NCBI GenBank assembly: GCA_009914755.4
Contig: CP086569.2
Coordinates: 4,256,001 to 4,320,000, forward strand
Length of the DNA: 64,000 nt
Reading direction: 5' to 3'
DNA from: the human T2T-CHM13v2.0 reference genome, Homo sapiens
Under the pieces are notes generated by a model, which saw nothing but the letters and a program-made list of their open reading frames with translations, did no database searches and had not been told where the DNA came from. Every line of letters begins with the position of its first letter. Position 1 is the first letter of the stretch. Below, piece by piece: positions 22,401-36,900 of the stretch. The position numbers were made by a program, and so were the translations under genes.

Positions 22401-24860
22401 AACAAAGATGCCTATTTTTGCCACTTCTATTCAACAAAGTAATGGAAGTTTTAGCTAGAACAATTAGGCCAAAAAAAGAAAAAAGACGAAATAAAAGACT
22501 TCCAAGTTGGAAAAGAAAAAGTAACTATTTTTTATTGAAGATGACATAACCCATATATAGATAACCCTAAAGATTCCCAAAAAAACTCTTAGAACTAATC
22601 AATTTAGCAAAATTGCAAGATAAAAAAATAACCCACAAATATCAGTGGCTATTCTATATACTACCAACAAAAAATCTGAGAAGAAAATCAAGACAACGCG
22701 TCATTTAAAATAGCATCAGAAATAATAAAACTACTTAGGAATAAACTTTAAAATAAGAGGTGAAAAACTTGTACACTCAAAACTAAAAATATTGCTGAAT
22801 TAAATTGAAAAAGACACAAATAAATAGGAAGATATCTTGTGTTCATGGATTTAAAGACTTCATATTGTTAAGATGTTGCAGTACTACCCAAAGAAATGTG
22901 AGAATTAAATGAAATCCTTTTCAAAATCCCAGTAAAGATTTTGCAGAAATAGAAATATACATCTTAAAATTAATATGAAATTTCAAGGGATACCAAACAG
23001 CTAAAGCAATATTGAAAGAAAATTGGAGCTCTTATACTTTCTGATAGCAAATATATTACAAAACTAAAGCAATCAAAACAGTCTGGGACTGGCATAAAGA
23101 AAGATATATAGATCAATAGAATTGAACAGAGATTATAGAAAAAAATTGCATAATGTTCATATGATTTTTGACAAGGATGCCAAGACCCATTCAATGGGGA
23201 AAAAAGTGTTTTCAACAGATGTTGAGAAAACTGAGTATCTACATAAAAAAGAATAATAAAGTAGGGCCCTTACTTTATATATAAAAAAAATTAAAAATGT
23301 AAGAAAAACATATATTTAAACACTAAAACTATAAAACTTTAGAAGAACATATAAGGACATGATTTGTGACACTGGATTTGGTAATGATATCTTGAATGGC
23401 ACATCAAAAGCATAGTAAACAAAAGGAAAAAAGGATGAATTAGGTTACATCAAAATTAAGTTTTTTGGCATCAAAGAGTACTATCAACAGAAGGAAAAGT
23501 CAATCCAGAGAATGGGAGAAAATATTTGCAAATTATATATAACATGTTAGTATCCAGAATATGTAAAGAACACCTAGAATTTAACAACTTAAAAACAACA
23601 ACAACAAAAAAAACAAATTATAAAATGGGTAAAAGGCTTGAATAGACATTGAAGATACAAATGGCCAATAAGCACATAACATGTTTGATATCACTAATTA
23701 TTAGGGAAATGCACATAAAAACCGTAATGAGATCACACATTACACCCATTATAATGATTATCTCCAAAACAAAAAAAAAAAAGAAAAAAAAACAAAAAAC
23801 AGAAAATACTTGGAGAAATTGGAATACTTGTGCACTGCCATTAGAAATGTAATGTATTGCAGCTGCTGCAAAACACAGTTTGGTAGTTCTTCAAAAAATT
23901 AAGTATAGAATTACCATATGATGTAGTAATTCCACTTCTGGGTATATCAGCAAAAGAGTTGAAATCATGGACTCAATCAGATATTTGTACACCCATGTTC
24001 ATAGCAGCAGTATTTACAAGAGTCAAAAGGTGGAAACAACCCAAATGTCCATTCACAGACTAATGAATACACAAAATGTGGTATATATGGTAGTTTCTCA
24101 GTATCTATGGGGGATTGGTTTTAGGGACTTTTGTGGATACCAAAATCCACTTATGGATGCCTAAGTCCCTAATATAAAATGATGTAGTATTTGCATTTAA
24201 CATATGCACATGCTCTTTTGTATTTTTAATCATCTCTAGATTACTTATAATTCCCCATACAATGTAAGTGCAATGTAAATAATTGTTATATTCTACTGTT
24301 TAGAAAATAATGTCAAGGAAAAATTATTTTTACATGCTCAGTACAGAGGCATTTATCCATTTTTTCAAAATATTCTTGATCTATGGCAATTTGAACCTAT
24401 GGATGCGGAACCCAAAAATATGGAGGGTCTAATATATGAACAATGCAATATTATTCAGCCTTGAAGAGGAAGACAGTTCTGACACATGCTACAACATGGA
24501 TAAATCTTAAATACATTGCCTAAGACTTAGTGAGATAAGCTAGTCATAAAAGGACAAATACACTTATATTTGGTATAGAAGTACTAAAGTAGTCAAATTC
24601 ATACAGACAGAAAGTAGAATGGTAGTTGCCAGGGGATGGGTGTAGGAGAAATGGGTAATTATTGTTTAATAGGTAAATTCTCAGTTTTTGAATGTAAAAA
24701 GTTCTAGAGGTAGATGGTGGTGATGTTTCCACAACAATGTACATTAACAAGATTTCCATTAACAATATAGTTAATGCCACTGAACTGTACACTTAAAAAT
24801 GGTTAGAATGGGAAATTTTATATTAGCATATCTCACTACAATTTTTAAAAAGTAAATGAC
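22398..24860 (+). mobile_element. 5'-truncated L1, covering the 3' half of ORF2 and the 3'UTR, with a foreign insertion at 24085-24432
   Basis: It begins in the RT domain (cacttctattcaacaaagtaatggaagttttagctagaacaattaggcc, which matches ctcctattcaacatagtgttggaagttctggccagggcaat). It continues through ggcccaaagcaatttacag-like, cagatatttgtacacccatgttcatagcagcagtatttacaa and gccactgaactgtacacttaaaaatggttagaatgggaaattttat, and ends in A-rich text. Confidence 0.8.
24085..24432. mobile_element. Unclassified insertion of about 350 bp inside L1 ORF2 (possible non-autonomous DNA transposon/MITE)
   Basis: It interrupts colinear L1 sequence between aaaatgtggtatatat and atgaacaatgcaatattattcagcc. It contains repeated ggatgc/ccacttatggatgc ... 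cctatggatgcggaaccc blocks reminiscent of a DNA-transposon MITE I cannot name. Confidence 0.3.
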
Positions 24861-25149
24861 AAAAAATAAACGATTTCATGAAACAAATTATTGGTTAAGA
24901 CAATTAGAGTTAATTTACAACATATTTATAGGTCAGGTTCTCAGATAAATGTACATATAGGCAGTTCTAATATATTAACATTTCCTTTCTCATTAATAGT
25001 CATTTATTGTTTATTGAGGCTATTTCTAAATATCAGGGCCCAAATACACTAGTAGTAATACTAATTCTTCATTTCTTTTACTATTTTACTAAGGGCCAGT
25101 CACTCTCTGAAGTGCTTAAAAGTACTAATCCTAATTATTTTTCAAAAGT

Positions 25150-25290
25150 AACCTGGGTAAGTATTATTATTATTTCTATTTTACAAATGAAGAAACTCAG
25201 GCAGAGAAAAGATAAATCATTTAAACACAGTCACACAGAGCGTAAATGGATTGATGATTTAAGACCAATGACTCTGCAGAACCTTTCCTC
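25150..25290 (-). mobile_element. MIR SINE fragment
   Basis: ttctattttacaaatgaagaaactcaggcagagaaaagataaatcatttaaacacagtcacacagag resembles the reverse complement of the MIR core ccattttacagatgaggaaactgaggcacagagaggttaagtaacttgcccaaggtcacacagc. Confidence 0.55.
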
Positions 25291-26037
25291 TTAACAACTC
25301 TGATATCTTATGTAGTCCTTTCATCATCCACATTGATAGGTACACTTACACTTCTTTTCCAAATAAACTGAGGTATTGGAGTTTAAATAACTTGTCTGAA
25401 ATCATACATGTTCAGGATCTATATTCATGCGTATTTGACTCTGAAAACCTGGCTCTTAAATTACCAACAATACTACAATTCTCCAACTTGCAAAGAGTTT
25501 ATTTATGTCTCACACAGCCCCAGGATGAACTCAAGACCACAGAATATCCCAGTTTTTAACCAGAGTATTGACCACAATGAAAATAAAGAAAAAATTTGAA
25601 AAATAAACGGTAGCGGTAGATCTCATAAGTAAATCAAATAATTTGTTCCTTAAATATAGATAGATACATCACTAACATGCCTAAAAATTTGAAAAAAGAA
25701 GAAAGCAAAAAATACGCACATGAAAAATATAAATGGGGAAGTGAACACTGATACAGAAGAAGAAAAAATGATATAATAACATAATTAATTCAAGTTTATA
25801 AAAATAATATCAAAGATGATATAGATGAAATACCTGATTTTTTTGGGAAATATAAAATGACAAAATTGTTTCTTTAAAAAGCTAGAAAATCTAAACAGAC
25901 AAATTGTCATTGGAGAAAACAGTTTTGAAAAAGTAGTCAAAGAACTACTTAAAACTTATTAGTCATGGAATGTCTTTGTAGGTCAATTATCTTAAATCTT
26001 TAGAATACAGATGAATCCAGTATTATTTTAACTCTTT

Positions 26038-26769
<732 letters not shown>

Positions 26770-29466
26770 CCCAGGGCTCTTGTTTCGTGGGAATTGGGTA
26801 AAATGACATGGACACCTGTGGAGTGATTTTAAGGAGTGGAGAGTTTAATAGGCAAGAAAGAAGGGAGAAGAAAGAAGGAAGAAGCTCCCCTGTACAGACA
26901 GAGGGAGGGGTTCCCAAAGCCAAGAGAGGAGACCCCATGTGCAACAGAAAAGTGGCTACTTATATGAGTAGGCTGGAGGAGGTGGTGTCTGATTTGCATA
27001 GGGCTCAGGGGATTGGTTTGACCAGGCATGTCATTCACATAGCCCATGAAAAAGCTGGCCCTTCCGCCCTAGCCTTTTATTATGCAAATGCAGTGCGCCA
27101 TGATGTTCTACACATGGGGATATGTTGGGGAGGCCATGTTGCCAGACACATGTTGGGGCAAGGGCAAGAAGGCGACAGGAATTGCCATGTTTGGGCAGAC
27201 CCAGTTTCTAATGGCCAGCATTTGCATATCAAAGGTGGCCAGCCTGACTCTAAGAACCAGTGCTTTCCTGCTAGACAAGAAACATTTCTGGAGCTGCTTT
27301 AAAAGAAACAACAACTTCCCAAGGACCTCTTTTCCTCTTTATCTGCCTAAGATAATTTCTTAATAACTCCTATAACATTATGACAACCTTAGCAAACTAA
27401 CACAGTTGCAGAACACGAATAAAAAAAATTGCAAACATTTATTTTAAAGCTCACATAATATTGATAGCAAAACTGACATAGCAAATAGATAAAAAAGAAA
27501 AATGCAGTACAATTTCAGATGCAAAACCTTAAATAAAATATCAGCTAGAAAAGGTTTAGTCTTAGGTAAATATTTAACATACTTTATCATACTAATCAAA
27601 AGCCAGTAGATAAAAATCATAAAATGAGAAGAGTGATATTCAGCAAGATGGAGAGTTAGGAGCTGGTGCACTCATATCTCCTTATGACAACAATAATTTT
27701 GCAGGCATCCATGGACAAAAGTGCATTTGTGGAAACATTAGGACTGAGGTAGGAGGTTGTGAAACTCTGGTGGCACCTCGGACCTAGGAATGCCTTTTTA
27801 AGAGGCAAGACCCATGCCCCAGTGCTAGACTCAAAAACCATTGTCCTGATGCCAAACCTGGAAACAGCCTTATTTCCCTGTGGACTTGTCTACAGCACTA
27901 TTTTACCTTGTTTCTGTGACCAAAACTATCTGCCAAAGGCCCAGGAGGAGTCATGCACACTAGTGTCACTGGGGAAGGCCTTCTGACTTCAGTTCCACGG
28001 TAGATACTAAAATGGTTTGCAAACTTAGCCCCAGTCCTTCTTACTGCAGTTTGAGAGCAGCTCTGCCTGAAGGAATGCATGCCTGTCCATGCCCCTGTAG
28101 CCAGGCCAGCTGGCATTGGCCCCACAGCAGATCCTGAGATAGCTCTGCAACTCAGCCCAGCCCCTCTAAGTTGCAGTTTGAGAGCAGTTCTTTCCACACT
28201 GCGGAGGGACCTAGAGAAAAATTCACTCAGCATTGCCTCTGTAGGCAAGCCTACTGACCTTGGCCCCACTGTGAATCTTAAAACAGCCCTGTAAATTGAC
28301 TCCAGCTCATGTCAGCTATGGTCTGAGAACAGTCCTGCTTTCCCAGGAAGCCACTAGAATACAAATCCACTTCTGACACCAATGGCAGGCTTATAGGCCT
28401 CAGTCATGGCTACAGACTTGAACCAGTCCTGGACTCAGTTCAAAGCCCTTCCAGCCATGGTCTAGGGTCGGTATTATCTGTCTGAGGATTCTCAGAATTA
28501 CCCAGCATAAGCCCTCCCAGAGACCTAGAAGAAGCAGTACCCGTTCATCACCTGGAAACAGGAAAACCATCTGCAGATTTTGAAGTAGATCCTTATTCCA
28601 GTGCCAGATCTGCTGACCAAAGACCTGGAGTCAGTCCAGTCCACTCAAAAAACATATAGGATTCATACTCCCTAGAGCCCCTGGTAACAGGCCCACTAAG
28701 TGCAAATTCCAATGCAAAACCAGCAGCAGTCACATGACCTGGTTCAAACACCACTTGGCCACAATCTTGGAGATAATCCAATAAGCACAGGAAATCAACA
28801 GGAGAAGGTCTTCATCTGCCAAAAGTAGTCTGTAAATACTGAAAGAAGTGTTTGCTCATTCAAATGCATAGAACAAATGGACCTAAGAGATATATATGGA
28901 ACATTTTATCCAATAGCAGTAGCACAAATTTTTTTCTCAAGTATATATGGAATCTTCATCAGAATATATCATATTTTGGGCCACAAAACAACCTTTAACA
29001 AATTTAAGAATATTGTAATCATATCACATATCTTTTATGACCACTATGTTATAAAACTAGAAATCACCAATAGCAGAAATGTTGTAAAATTCAGAAATGT
29101 GTGAAAATTAAACAACTTGTTCCTAAACAACTGAGGGCCAAAAAATAAATTAAAAGCAAGTTTAAAACCATTATAAGAACACCAAAAATGGAAACATAAC
29201 ATACAAAAACTTAAAAGATTCGGCATAAGCAGTTCTAAGAGTAAAATTTGTAGCAATAAATGCCTTCATTAAGAAAAAAAAGATCTCAAATAACAGTCAA
29301 ATTTTGCACCTCAAGAAAAAGAAGAACTTAGCTAAAAGGATAAAGAAGAAAATGTAAACATCAGAACAAAAATAAAATAGACACAAGAAAGACAATAGAA
29401 AAGATCAATAAAACCAAGAGTTGGTTTTTTGAAAAGAAGAAATCTGACAAACCTTTAGGTAGACTA

Positions 29467-29533
29467 ACTGTATTAGTTCATTCTTGCATTGCTACAAAGA
29501 AATACCTGAGACTTGGTAATTTATAAAGGCAAT
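29467..29533 (-). mobile_element. MaLR (THE1/MST) LTR 3'-end fragment
   Basis: ctgtattagttcattcttgcattgctacaaagaaatacctgagacttggtaatttataaaggcaa. Confidence 0.6.
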
Positions 29534-29684
29534 ACAATGAAATTATAGGCAATCCAATTTCTGGTTACATGCCCAAAAGAAATGAAATTAGTATGTCAAA
29601 GTGATATCTGGATTCCCATGTTCATTGAGCTTTATTCACAGTGGCTAAGCTATGGAATCCATCCAAGTGTTCACTGATGGATAA

Positions 29685-30026
<342 letters not shown>

Positions 30027-30571
30027 ATATAATTTCATATATATATATGTGTGTGTGTGTGTTTATCACAATGTGTATGTATACAAACAATAAATATTAT
30101 TCAGCTTAAAACAGGAAAAAGACATTTCATTTCTGACAGCATGGAGATATTATTGCTAAGTGCAACATGCTAGACACAGAAGAACCAATACTGTATGATC
30201 TCATTTATATGTGGAATCTAAAAAAGTGAAACACTTAGAGAGTGGAACTGTGTTTCCCAGGTGCTGGGGGTGGGGAAAATGTGGAGATATTGGTCAAATG
30301 GCACAAATTTCCAGTTATAAAATAAACAACTTCTAAGAATCTAATGTACAGCATGGGTGGTGAAGGATATTGTAATTAATTTCATTATGATAATCATTAT
30401 TCAATATATACATATATCAGATTATCACACTGTACACCTTGAATATATACAATCTTCATTTGTCAATTAAATGTTTTTTTAAATTTAAAAACTTACAAAC
30501 CCAAAAACACACAGTGTTCTTAAAAAATATCTGAAGATATTTTACAAAAGTCAAATTACAATGTAGTTCCA

Positions 30572-31091
30572 ATTATGTTTTTCAAGATGGCTAACTCGGG
30601 CCATCTAATGCCTCTTCTCCTCAGAAAGAAAATCAAATTTACTGGTGAATGGAAAAGTTCCAAATGGAAAACTGAGAGAAGAGACCCAGGGCCTATTGGA
30701 GAGCCTACAGGAAGAAGCCCAGATGCAGAAAAGGGAAGCAGCAAGAGTCTAGCCGAGATCAACCCCTGGGGAACTCAGAGCCCCATGGAAAGGTTCTGTG
30801 GGAGTGCTTCTTTGCTCCCCTCACCCCTGTGACAATCTGCTGACTGCCAAACTGTTGGGGAGCCCCTCTGCCTTTGTAACCTAGGGCAACGCTATTGACG
30901 CCTTGCCAGAAGGTGGGGGGTGTGTGGGAGAAAGGAGAACATCCGGAAGAATAGCTAATGGATGCTGAGCTTAATACCTAGGTGATGGGATGATCTGTGC
31001 AGCAAACCTCCATGGCACACGTTTACCGATCTAACAAACCTGCACATCCTGCACAAGTAACCTTGAACTTAAAAATATAAGTTGGAAATTA
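30572..31091 (+). mobile_element. Mini-L1: about 320 bp of L1 5'UTR start fused to about 190 bp of L1PA-type 3' end plus poly-A
   Basis: caagatggctaactcgggccatctaatgcc (5'UTR start) leads into gagaacatccggaagaatagctaatggatgctgagcttaatacctaggtgatggg ... caaacctgcacatcctgcacaagtaaccttgaacttaaaaatataagttggaaattaaaaaaaa. Confidence 0.6.
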
Positions 31092-31189
31092 AAAAAAATC
31101 ATGTTTTGCACTGTAACTATATACAATTTTTATTTGTATATTTGTATAATTTAATTATACCTCAATAAATCTGAAAAAATAAAAAAGTG

Positions 31190-34100
31190 TCTTCGCATGT
31201 CCTTTCCCTGGTATTTTATGGGGCTGTTTGTTTTTCACTTGTTAATTTAAATTCCTTGTCGATTCTGGACATTGAACCTCTGACAGATGCTTGGTTTACC
31301 AATATTTTACCCTATCGTCTAAGTTGTCTCTTTATTCTGTTGACAATTATTTTGCTGTGCAGAAGCTCTTTTATTTAATTAGATCCCATTTGTCAATTAT
31401 TGTTTTTGTTGCATTTGCTTTTGGATTCATCATCATGAAATCTTTCCCAGGGTCTATGCTTAGAATGGTATTTCTTAAGTTATCTTCTAGGGTTTTTATG
31501 GTTTTAGGTGCTACATTTAAGTCTTTATTCCACTTCGAGTTGATTCTTTATATGGTGTTAGGAAGGGGTCCAGTTTCAATCTTCTGCATATGGCTAGCCA
31601 GTTATCTAGTACCACGTATTAACTAGTGAGTCCTTTTCCTGATTGCTTATTTTTGTTGGCTTTGTTGAACATCAGATAGTTGTAGGTGTAAGGCTTTATT
31701 TCTAGGTTCTCTATTCTGTTCTACTGGTGTATGCATCTTTTACTGTACCAGGGTCATGCTGTTTTGGTTATTGTAGCCTTATGGTATAATTTGAAGTTGG
31801 GTAATATGGTGACTCCAGCTTTGTTCTTTTTGCATAGGATTGCCTTGGCTATTCAGGCTCTTTTTTTGTTCCATATGAATTTTAAAATGTTTTTTTTTCT
31901 GATTCTGTAAAGTAAGTAATTGTTAGTTTGATAGGAATACCATTGAATCTGTAAATTGCTTTGGGCAGTATGACTATTTTAACAATGTTAATTCTCCCTA
32001 TCCATGAACATGGGATGTTTTTCCATTTGTTTGTGTCCTATCTGATTTCTTTAAGCAGTGTTTCATAATTCTCATTATAGTGATATTTTACTTTCCTGGT
32101 TTGCTATATTGCTTGGTATTTTACTCTTTTTGTGTCTATTGTGAAAGGAATTGTGTTGATTTGGCTTTCAGCTTGGATGTTGCTGTTGTACAGGCATGGT
32201 ACTGATTACTGTACATTCATTCTGTATCCCAAAACTTTTCTGAAGTTTTTTATCAGATCAAGGCACTTTTGCCCAGAAACTATGAGGTTTCTAGGTACAC
32301 AAGTATATTGTCTGTGAACAAGAATTGTTTGGCTTCCTGTCGTCATATTTGAATGCCTTTTATTTATTTATGTGGCCTAATTGCTGTGGCTAAGACCTCC
32401 AGTACTATGTTGAATAGGAGGGGTGAGAGATGGCATCCTTGTCTTTCTGTTTCTCAAGGGTAATGCTTCCAGCATGTGCCCATTCAGTGTAGTGTTGGCT
32501 GTAGTTTTTTTTATAGATGGCTCTTATTATTTTTAAGTATATTTCTTTAATGTCTAGTTTGTTGATGGTTTTTAACATGAAGGAATGTTGAGTTTTATCA
32601 AAAGCCTTTTCTGCATATATTGATATGATTATGTGGTTTTTGTTCTTAGCTCTGTTAATGTGATGAATCACATTTATTTATTTGAATATGTTGAAACAAT
32701 CTTGCATACTTGGGATAAAGCCTACTTGACCAGAATGGATTAGCTTTTTGATGTTCTGCTGGATTAGGTTTGCTACCATTTTGTTGAAGATATTTGCATC
32801 CACATTCATCAAGCATATTGATCTAAATTTTTTTTTAATTGTGTGTCTACTAGGTTTTGGTATCAGGATGATGCTGGCCTCATAGAATGAGTTAGGAAGG
32901 AGTCCCTCCTTCTCAATTTTCTGAAATAGTTTTAGCAGAAATGGTACCAGCTCTTCTTTGTACATCTCATAGAATTTGGCTGTGAACCCATCTGGTCTCG
33001 GGCTGTTTCTGGATATTCTGCTTTTTATTACTGAATCAGTTTTAGAACTCATTATTGACCTGTTCAGGAATTGAATATCTTCCTGGTTCTATCTTGTGAG
33101 GTTGTACATTTCCAGGAATTTATCCATTTTTTTCCAGATTTTCTAGTTTCCATGCATAGAGATGTTCATAGTACTCTCTGATTTTTTTTTTTTTTCTGTG
33201 TGGTCAGTGGTAATGTCCCCTTTTCTCATTTCTGAATTTGTTTATTTAGATCTTTTTGTTCTTGTTAGTCTAGATAGCAGTCTATTTTATTCATTATATA
33301 AAACTATCTTGCATTCATTTATGTTTTGTGTGGTTTTCACCTCTTAATTTCTTTCAGTTCAGCTCTGATTACGGTTATTTATTTTATTCTGCTAGCTTTG
33401 GGGTTGGTTTGCTGTTGTTTCTCTGGTTCCTTTAGGTGTAATGTTAGGTTGTTAATTCGTTATATTTTTAACTTTTTTATGTGAACATTTAGTGCTAGAA
33501 ACTTCCCTCTTACTGCTTTGACTGTGTCTCAGAGATCCTGTTACGTTGTATCTTTGTTCTTATATGTTTAAAATAATTTCTTTATTTCTGCCTTAATTTT
33601 ATTGTGTACCCAAAAGTCATTCAGGAGTAGGTTGTTTAATTTCCATAAAATTGTGCTGTTTTGGGTGATTTTCTTAGTATTGTTTTCTATTTTTATTGTG
33701 CTATGGTCCAAGAGTACAGTTGGTATGACTTCAGTTATTATGAATTTGCTGTGGATTGTTTTATGGCAGATTGTGTGGATTATTTTAGAGTATGTGCCAT
33801 GTGCAGCTGAGAATAATGTATATTCTGTTCTTGTGGTGACAAAATCCCTTAGCATTTGCTTGTCTGAAAAGGACCTTATTTCTCCTTTGGTTATGAAGCT
33901 TAGTTTTGCTGGATATGAAATTGTGAGAATTTTCTTTTTAGGAATGTCGAATATAGGTACACGAGCTCTTCTGGCTTCTAGAGTTTCTGTGGAAAGGCCT
34001 GCTGTTAGTCTAATGCAGTTCCCTTGGTAGGTGACTTTCCCCTTCTCTAGCTGACTTTAACATTTTTTCTTTCATTTCAACCTTGGAAAATCTCATGACT

Positions 34101-36352
34101 ATGAGTATTGCATACAGTCTTCTTGAGTAGTACCTCACAGGGATTTTCTGCTTTTCCTGTAGTTGAATGTTGGCATCTCTAATGAGGTTGGAGAATATAT
34201 CATGCACAATATCCTCAAATATGTTTTCCAAGTTGCTTGTTTCCTCTCCTCTTTCAGGGACACCTATGAGTTTGTAGATTTGGTCTCCTTTCGTAATCTC
34301 ATGTTTCTGGAAGGCTTTGTTATTCTTCTATATTGTTTTTTCTTTATTTTTGTCTGAGTGAGTTACTTTGGAGATCTGGTTTTTAAGCTCTGAGATTTTT
34401 TTTCCTCAGCTTCATCAATTCTTCTGTTAGCATTTGAGATTTTATTTTGAAACTCTTTAACTGAGTTTTTCAGCTCTGTCATATCAGTTTGGTTCCTACA
34501 AAATGGCAATTTCCTTTTTCATCTCTTGTATTATTTAATTATATTCCTTAGAATCCTTGGATTGGTTTTCAACTTTTTCCTGTGTCTCAATGATCTTCAT
34601 TCCCATCTGTTTTCTGATTTCTATTTCTGTCAGTTCAGCCATTTCAGTCTGGTTAAGAACCATTGCTGGGAAACTAGTGTGATCATTTGGAGGTAAGAAG
34701 ACGCTGGCTTTTTGAGTTGCCAGAGTTCTTGCACTGGTTCTTTCTCATCTGTGTGGGTTATGGTCCTTCAATCTTTGAATGTACTGTCCTTCCAATTAGT
34801 TTATTTGCTTTTATCTTCTTTGTTGCCCCTGGGGGTTTGATTGTGGAATAAAATGAGTTCAGTTGAATGGTTTTGTTTCTGGAAGATTTTAGGGGACCAA
34901 AGCTCAGTTCAGCACTCCTGGGCTACCACTGGAAGACTTGTATGGGACAACTCACTAGCTATGTTCTCCAGCACTTCGAAATTAGGAACCTACTGTACTG
35001 GAAGTACCAAAGAGTTCCTGGACTTCTGGCTAAAATACTCCAATAAGTGGTGTCAGAAAAAGTGCTTCACTGGGGCAGTGGCAGTGGGGTCCAGGCTCAT
35101 TTGCCCATGACAGCAGCAGTGGCAGTGCAGTGGCTTGCATGCTTGTTGAATGGGGCAGGGCTCTGGCATGCATGGGGATTCCATCCTCCATGTCTGTGTT
35201 CATAGCAGCAGCAGTGGCAGTGTGAACCAGAGTGAAGAGGATGGGGCAACTGGTGTCCATGTGCATGTTCACTCTGGCAGCCATGTTGGTGCAGATGCAG
35301 GACACTGGCAGAGTTCAAGGCTGCCAGCCTCCATGCACATGTTCACACCAGCAGCGGCAGTGGCAGCATGGGGTGGAGATGGGGGATGAGGACATTTGCC
35401 TCTGTGCCTGAGTTTGCTCCTCCAATGGCAGAAGGGTTGCGGGGGTGTGCTCATTTTGGCAGCAGTGGCATAATGGGGTGCATGCACACACGTACACCAG
35501 TGGGGAGAGGAGGCAAGGTCCACCCATGAGTGCACTGGAGACAGCAAAGTGATGGGGCAGTAGCTATCAGCAAATGCATGCTCGCAAATTTGCTTGGGGG
35601 AGGATCTTACGGGAGGTGGTGCAGGTGGGGATGCTGTGTGTTGGTTAGGGCTGCTCTGCTGGAGCTCTGCAACAGTCAGGTGGAGTTTTCCAGTGAAAGA
35701 GCTATAATGCAGGCTCCCGGTAGGCACCCTGGTTGGGCATCCAAGGCTGTACTGCAAGCAAGTGCAGCCTGGCTGGTGCCCTGGGAGAAGCCAGAAGACA
35801 AGGGATTGATTATATCTGACTGGGCCCATTTCACAGGCGAGACTCCCCCTGCTCTGATCAGGTCCAATAGTTCCCCCATGACTAAATTCTCCTAGGGAAG
35901 CTTGTTGAGCATTGAGGGGATGGGCATCCCTGGCCTTGCTCCATTGCAGACATTCCTGTACCAAACTGTTTGGGCTCTGAATAGCCTGGAATCCTGCCCC
36001 TGACACCTTTCTAAGAAGCTCTCCCTGGCATCTCAAGTGTCTGTAGGGGTTGTGGGTATCCTGCTGCCAGGATTCCAGAGGTCCCTGGTGAGAGGGGGTT
36101 ACTTCACACCTCCTCAACTCATCCCTTCCCCAGGATTTGTCGGGGGCCAGTAATGAGTCCCAGTGTATGGAAGCCTCCTTTAGGGGTCCCAGCTACCTCC
36201 CTCTTCATCCCAGCAAGTGGGCCCTATTTCCATCCACTCTCAGTGCCTTCTCTCTGAAGATCTGCTCATAGTGTACCAGTCTTTTGGATGTCCCAGTCCC
36301 TCAGTGACAGATGTTCCTCCTGGCTGTGTGTAGTCTGCCATCTTGGCCCCTA
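31190..36352 (-). mobile_element. Near full-length L1 of L1PA/L1PB-like type: ORF2 at 31190-34000, ORF1 at 34000-34800, and a long GC-rich 5'UTR at 34800-36352 with ggcagtggcagtg-type tandem motifs
   Basis: Antisense L1 ORF2 text is colinear with the L1 consensus, e.g. ctgtgcagaagctcttttatttaattagatcccatttgtcaatt and ggtttttatggttttaggtgctacatttaagtctttattcc. ORF2 and ORF1 remnants appear in the ORF track at 32678-33052, 32405-32671 and 34010-34231. The 5' terminus is ...gtagtctgccatcttggcccc. Confidence 0.85.
32405..33052 (-). pseudogene. L1 ORF2 reverse-transcriptase remnant, in two broken ORFs
   Basis: [51 protein letters not shown]... and ...[37 protein letters not shown] match the L1 ORF2p RT N-terminal region. 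They are interrupted by stops and frameshifts. Confidence 0.8.
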
Positions 36353-36809
36353 CAAAAAACTGAACTTTACTTTCCTATTTTACATGTTTATCACAGTCTT
36401 GACTTTTGTTCATTCTCAATGATAAAAAAATTAAAACGAAATGTTATGCCACTGAAAATTTGTCCAATTTGAATATATTTCATCAAAAGTATAAAAAAGT
36501 ACATATATATTTTAATAGCTTTTAATATTAAAACTTTAATATTTATAAAGAATATTTGTGTATTTTCAATATTTAGATTTTACAGAAGAAAACATATGTA
36601 ACTTCTAGGCTAGTATTTACAGAAGGAAATGTATTACTAAGAGCAATTCTTAAGATGTAAATAGAATGGATTCTCTTAAAGTGTACTTTAATGTGACATA
36701 AAGATTGATATTAAGAGTTTTAAAATGCGTAATACATAATTTCAAAAATTAAAAAGCAGACATGGTAATGTCATTATTTACCAATGCCAAGGGCCTTCAC
36801 AGCAATTTC

Positions 36810-36900
36810 ATTTAGTGCTCAAATCTTTGTAATACAGTAATTATTATCCTCACAGATGAACAGATTCAGGTTCAGAGAGTTTAAGTGACCTGAACTAAGA
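36810..36900 (-). mobile_element. MIR SINE fragment
   Basis: attattatcctcacagatgaacagattcaggttcagagagtttaagtgacctgaactaagac resembles the reverse complement of the MIR core. Confidence 0.5.

Noticed and set aside
26808-27302. 164-aa ORF on the plus strand in non-repeat-looking sequence just 3' of the AluY.
   Set aside because: Roughly two stop-free runs of this length are expected by chance in 64 kb over six frames. The segment is moderately GC-rich and has LTR-like texture (tgatttgcatag ... attggtttgacc). The translation has no recognisable domain, and an overlapping antisense ORF (26829-27047) is equally long. I treat it as a chance ORF in an unidentified old repeat.
35269-36117. Longest ORF in the window (282 aa, minus strand), with overlapping ORFs at 35097-35527.
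   Set aside because: It lies entirely inside the GC-rich, tandemly repetitive 5'UTR of the minus-strand L1 (34800-36352). Its composition, with Gln, His, Cys, Pro and Ala runs from ggcagtggcagtg repeats, is what a stop-poor GC-rich repeat produces. It has no start context or domain-like sequence.
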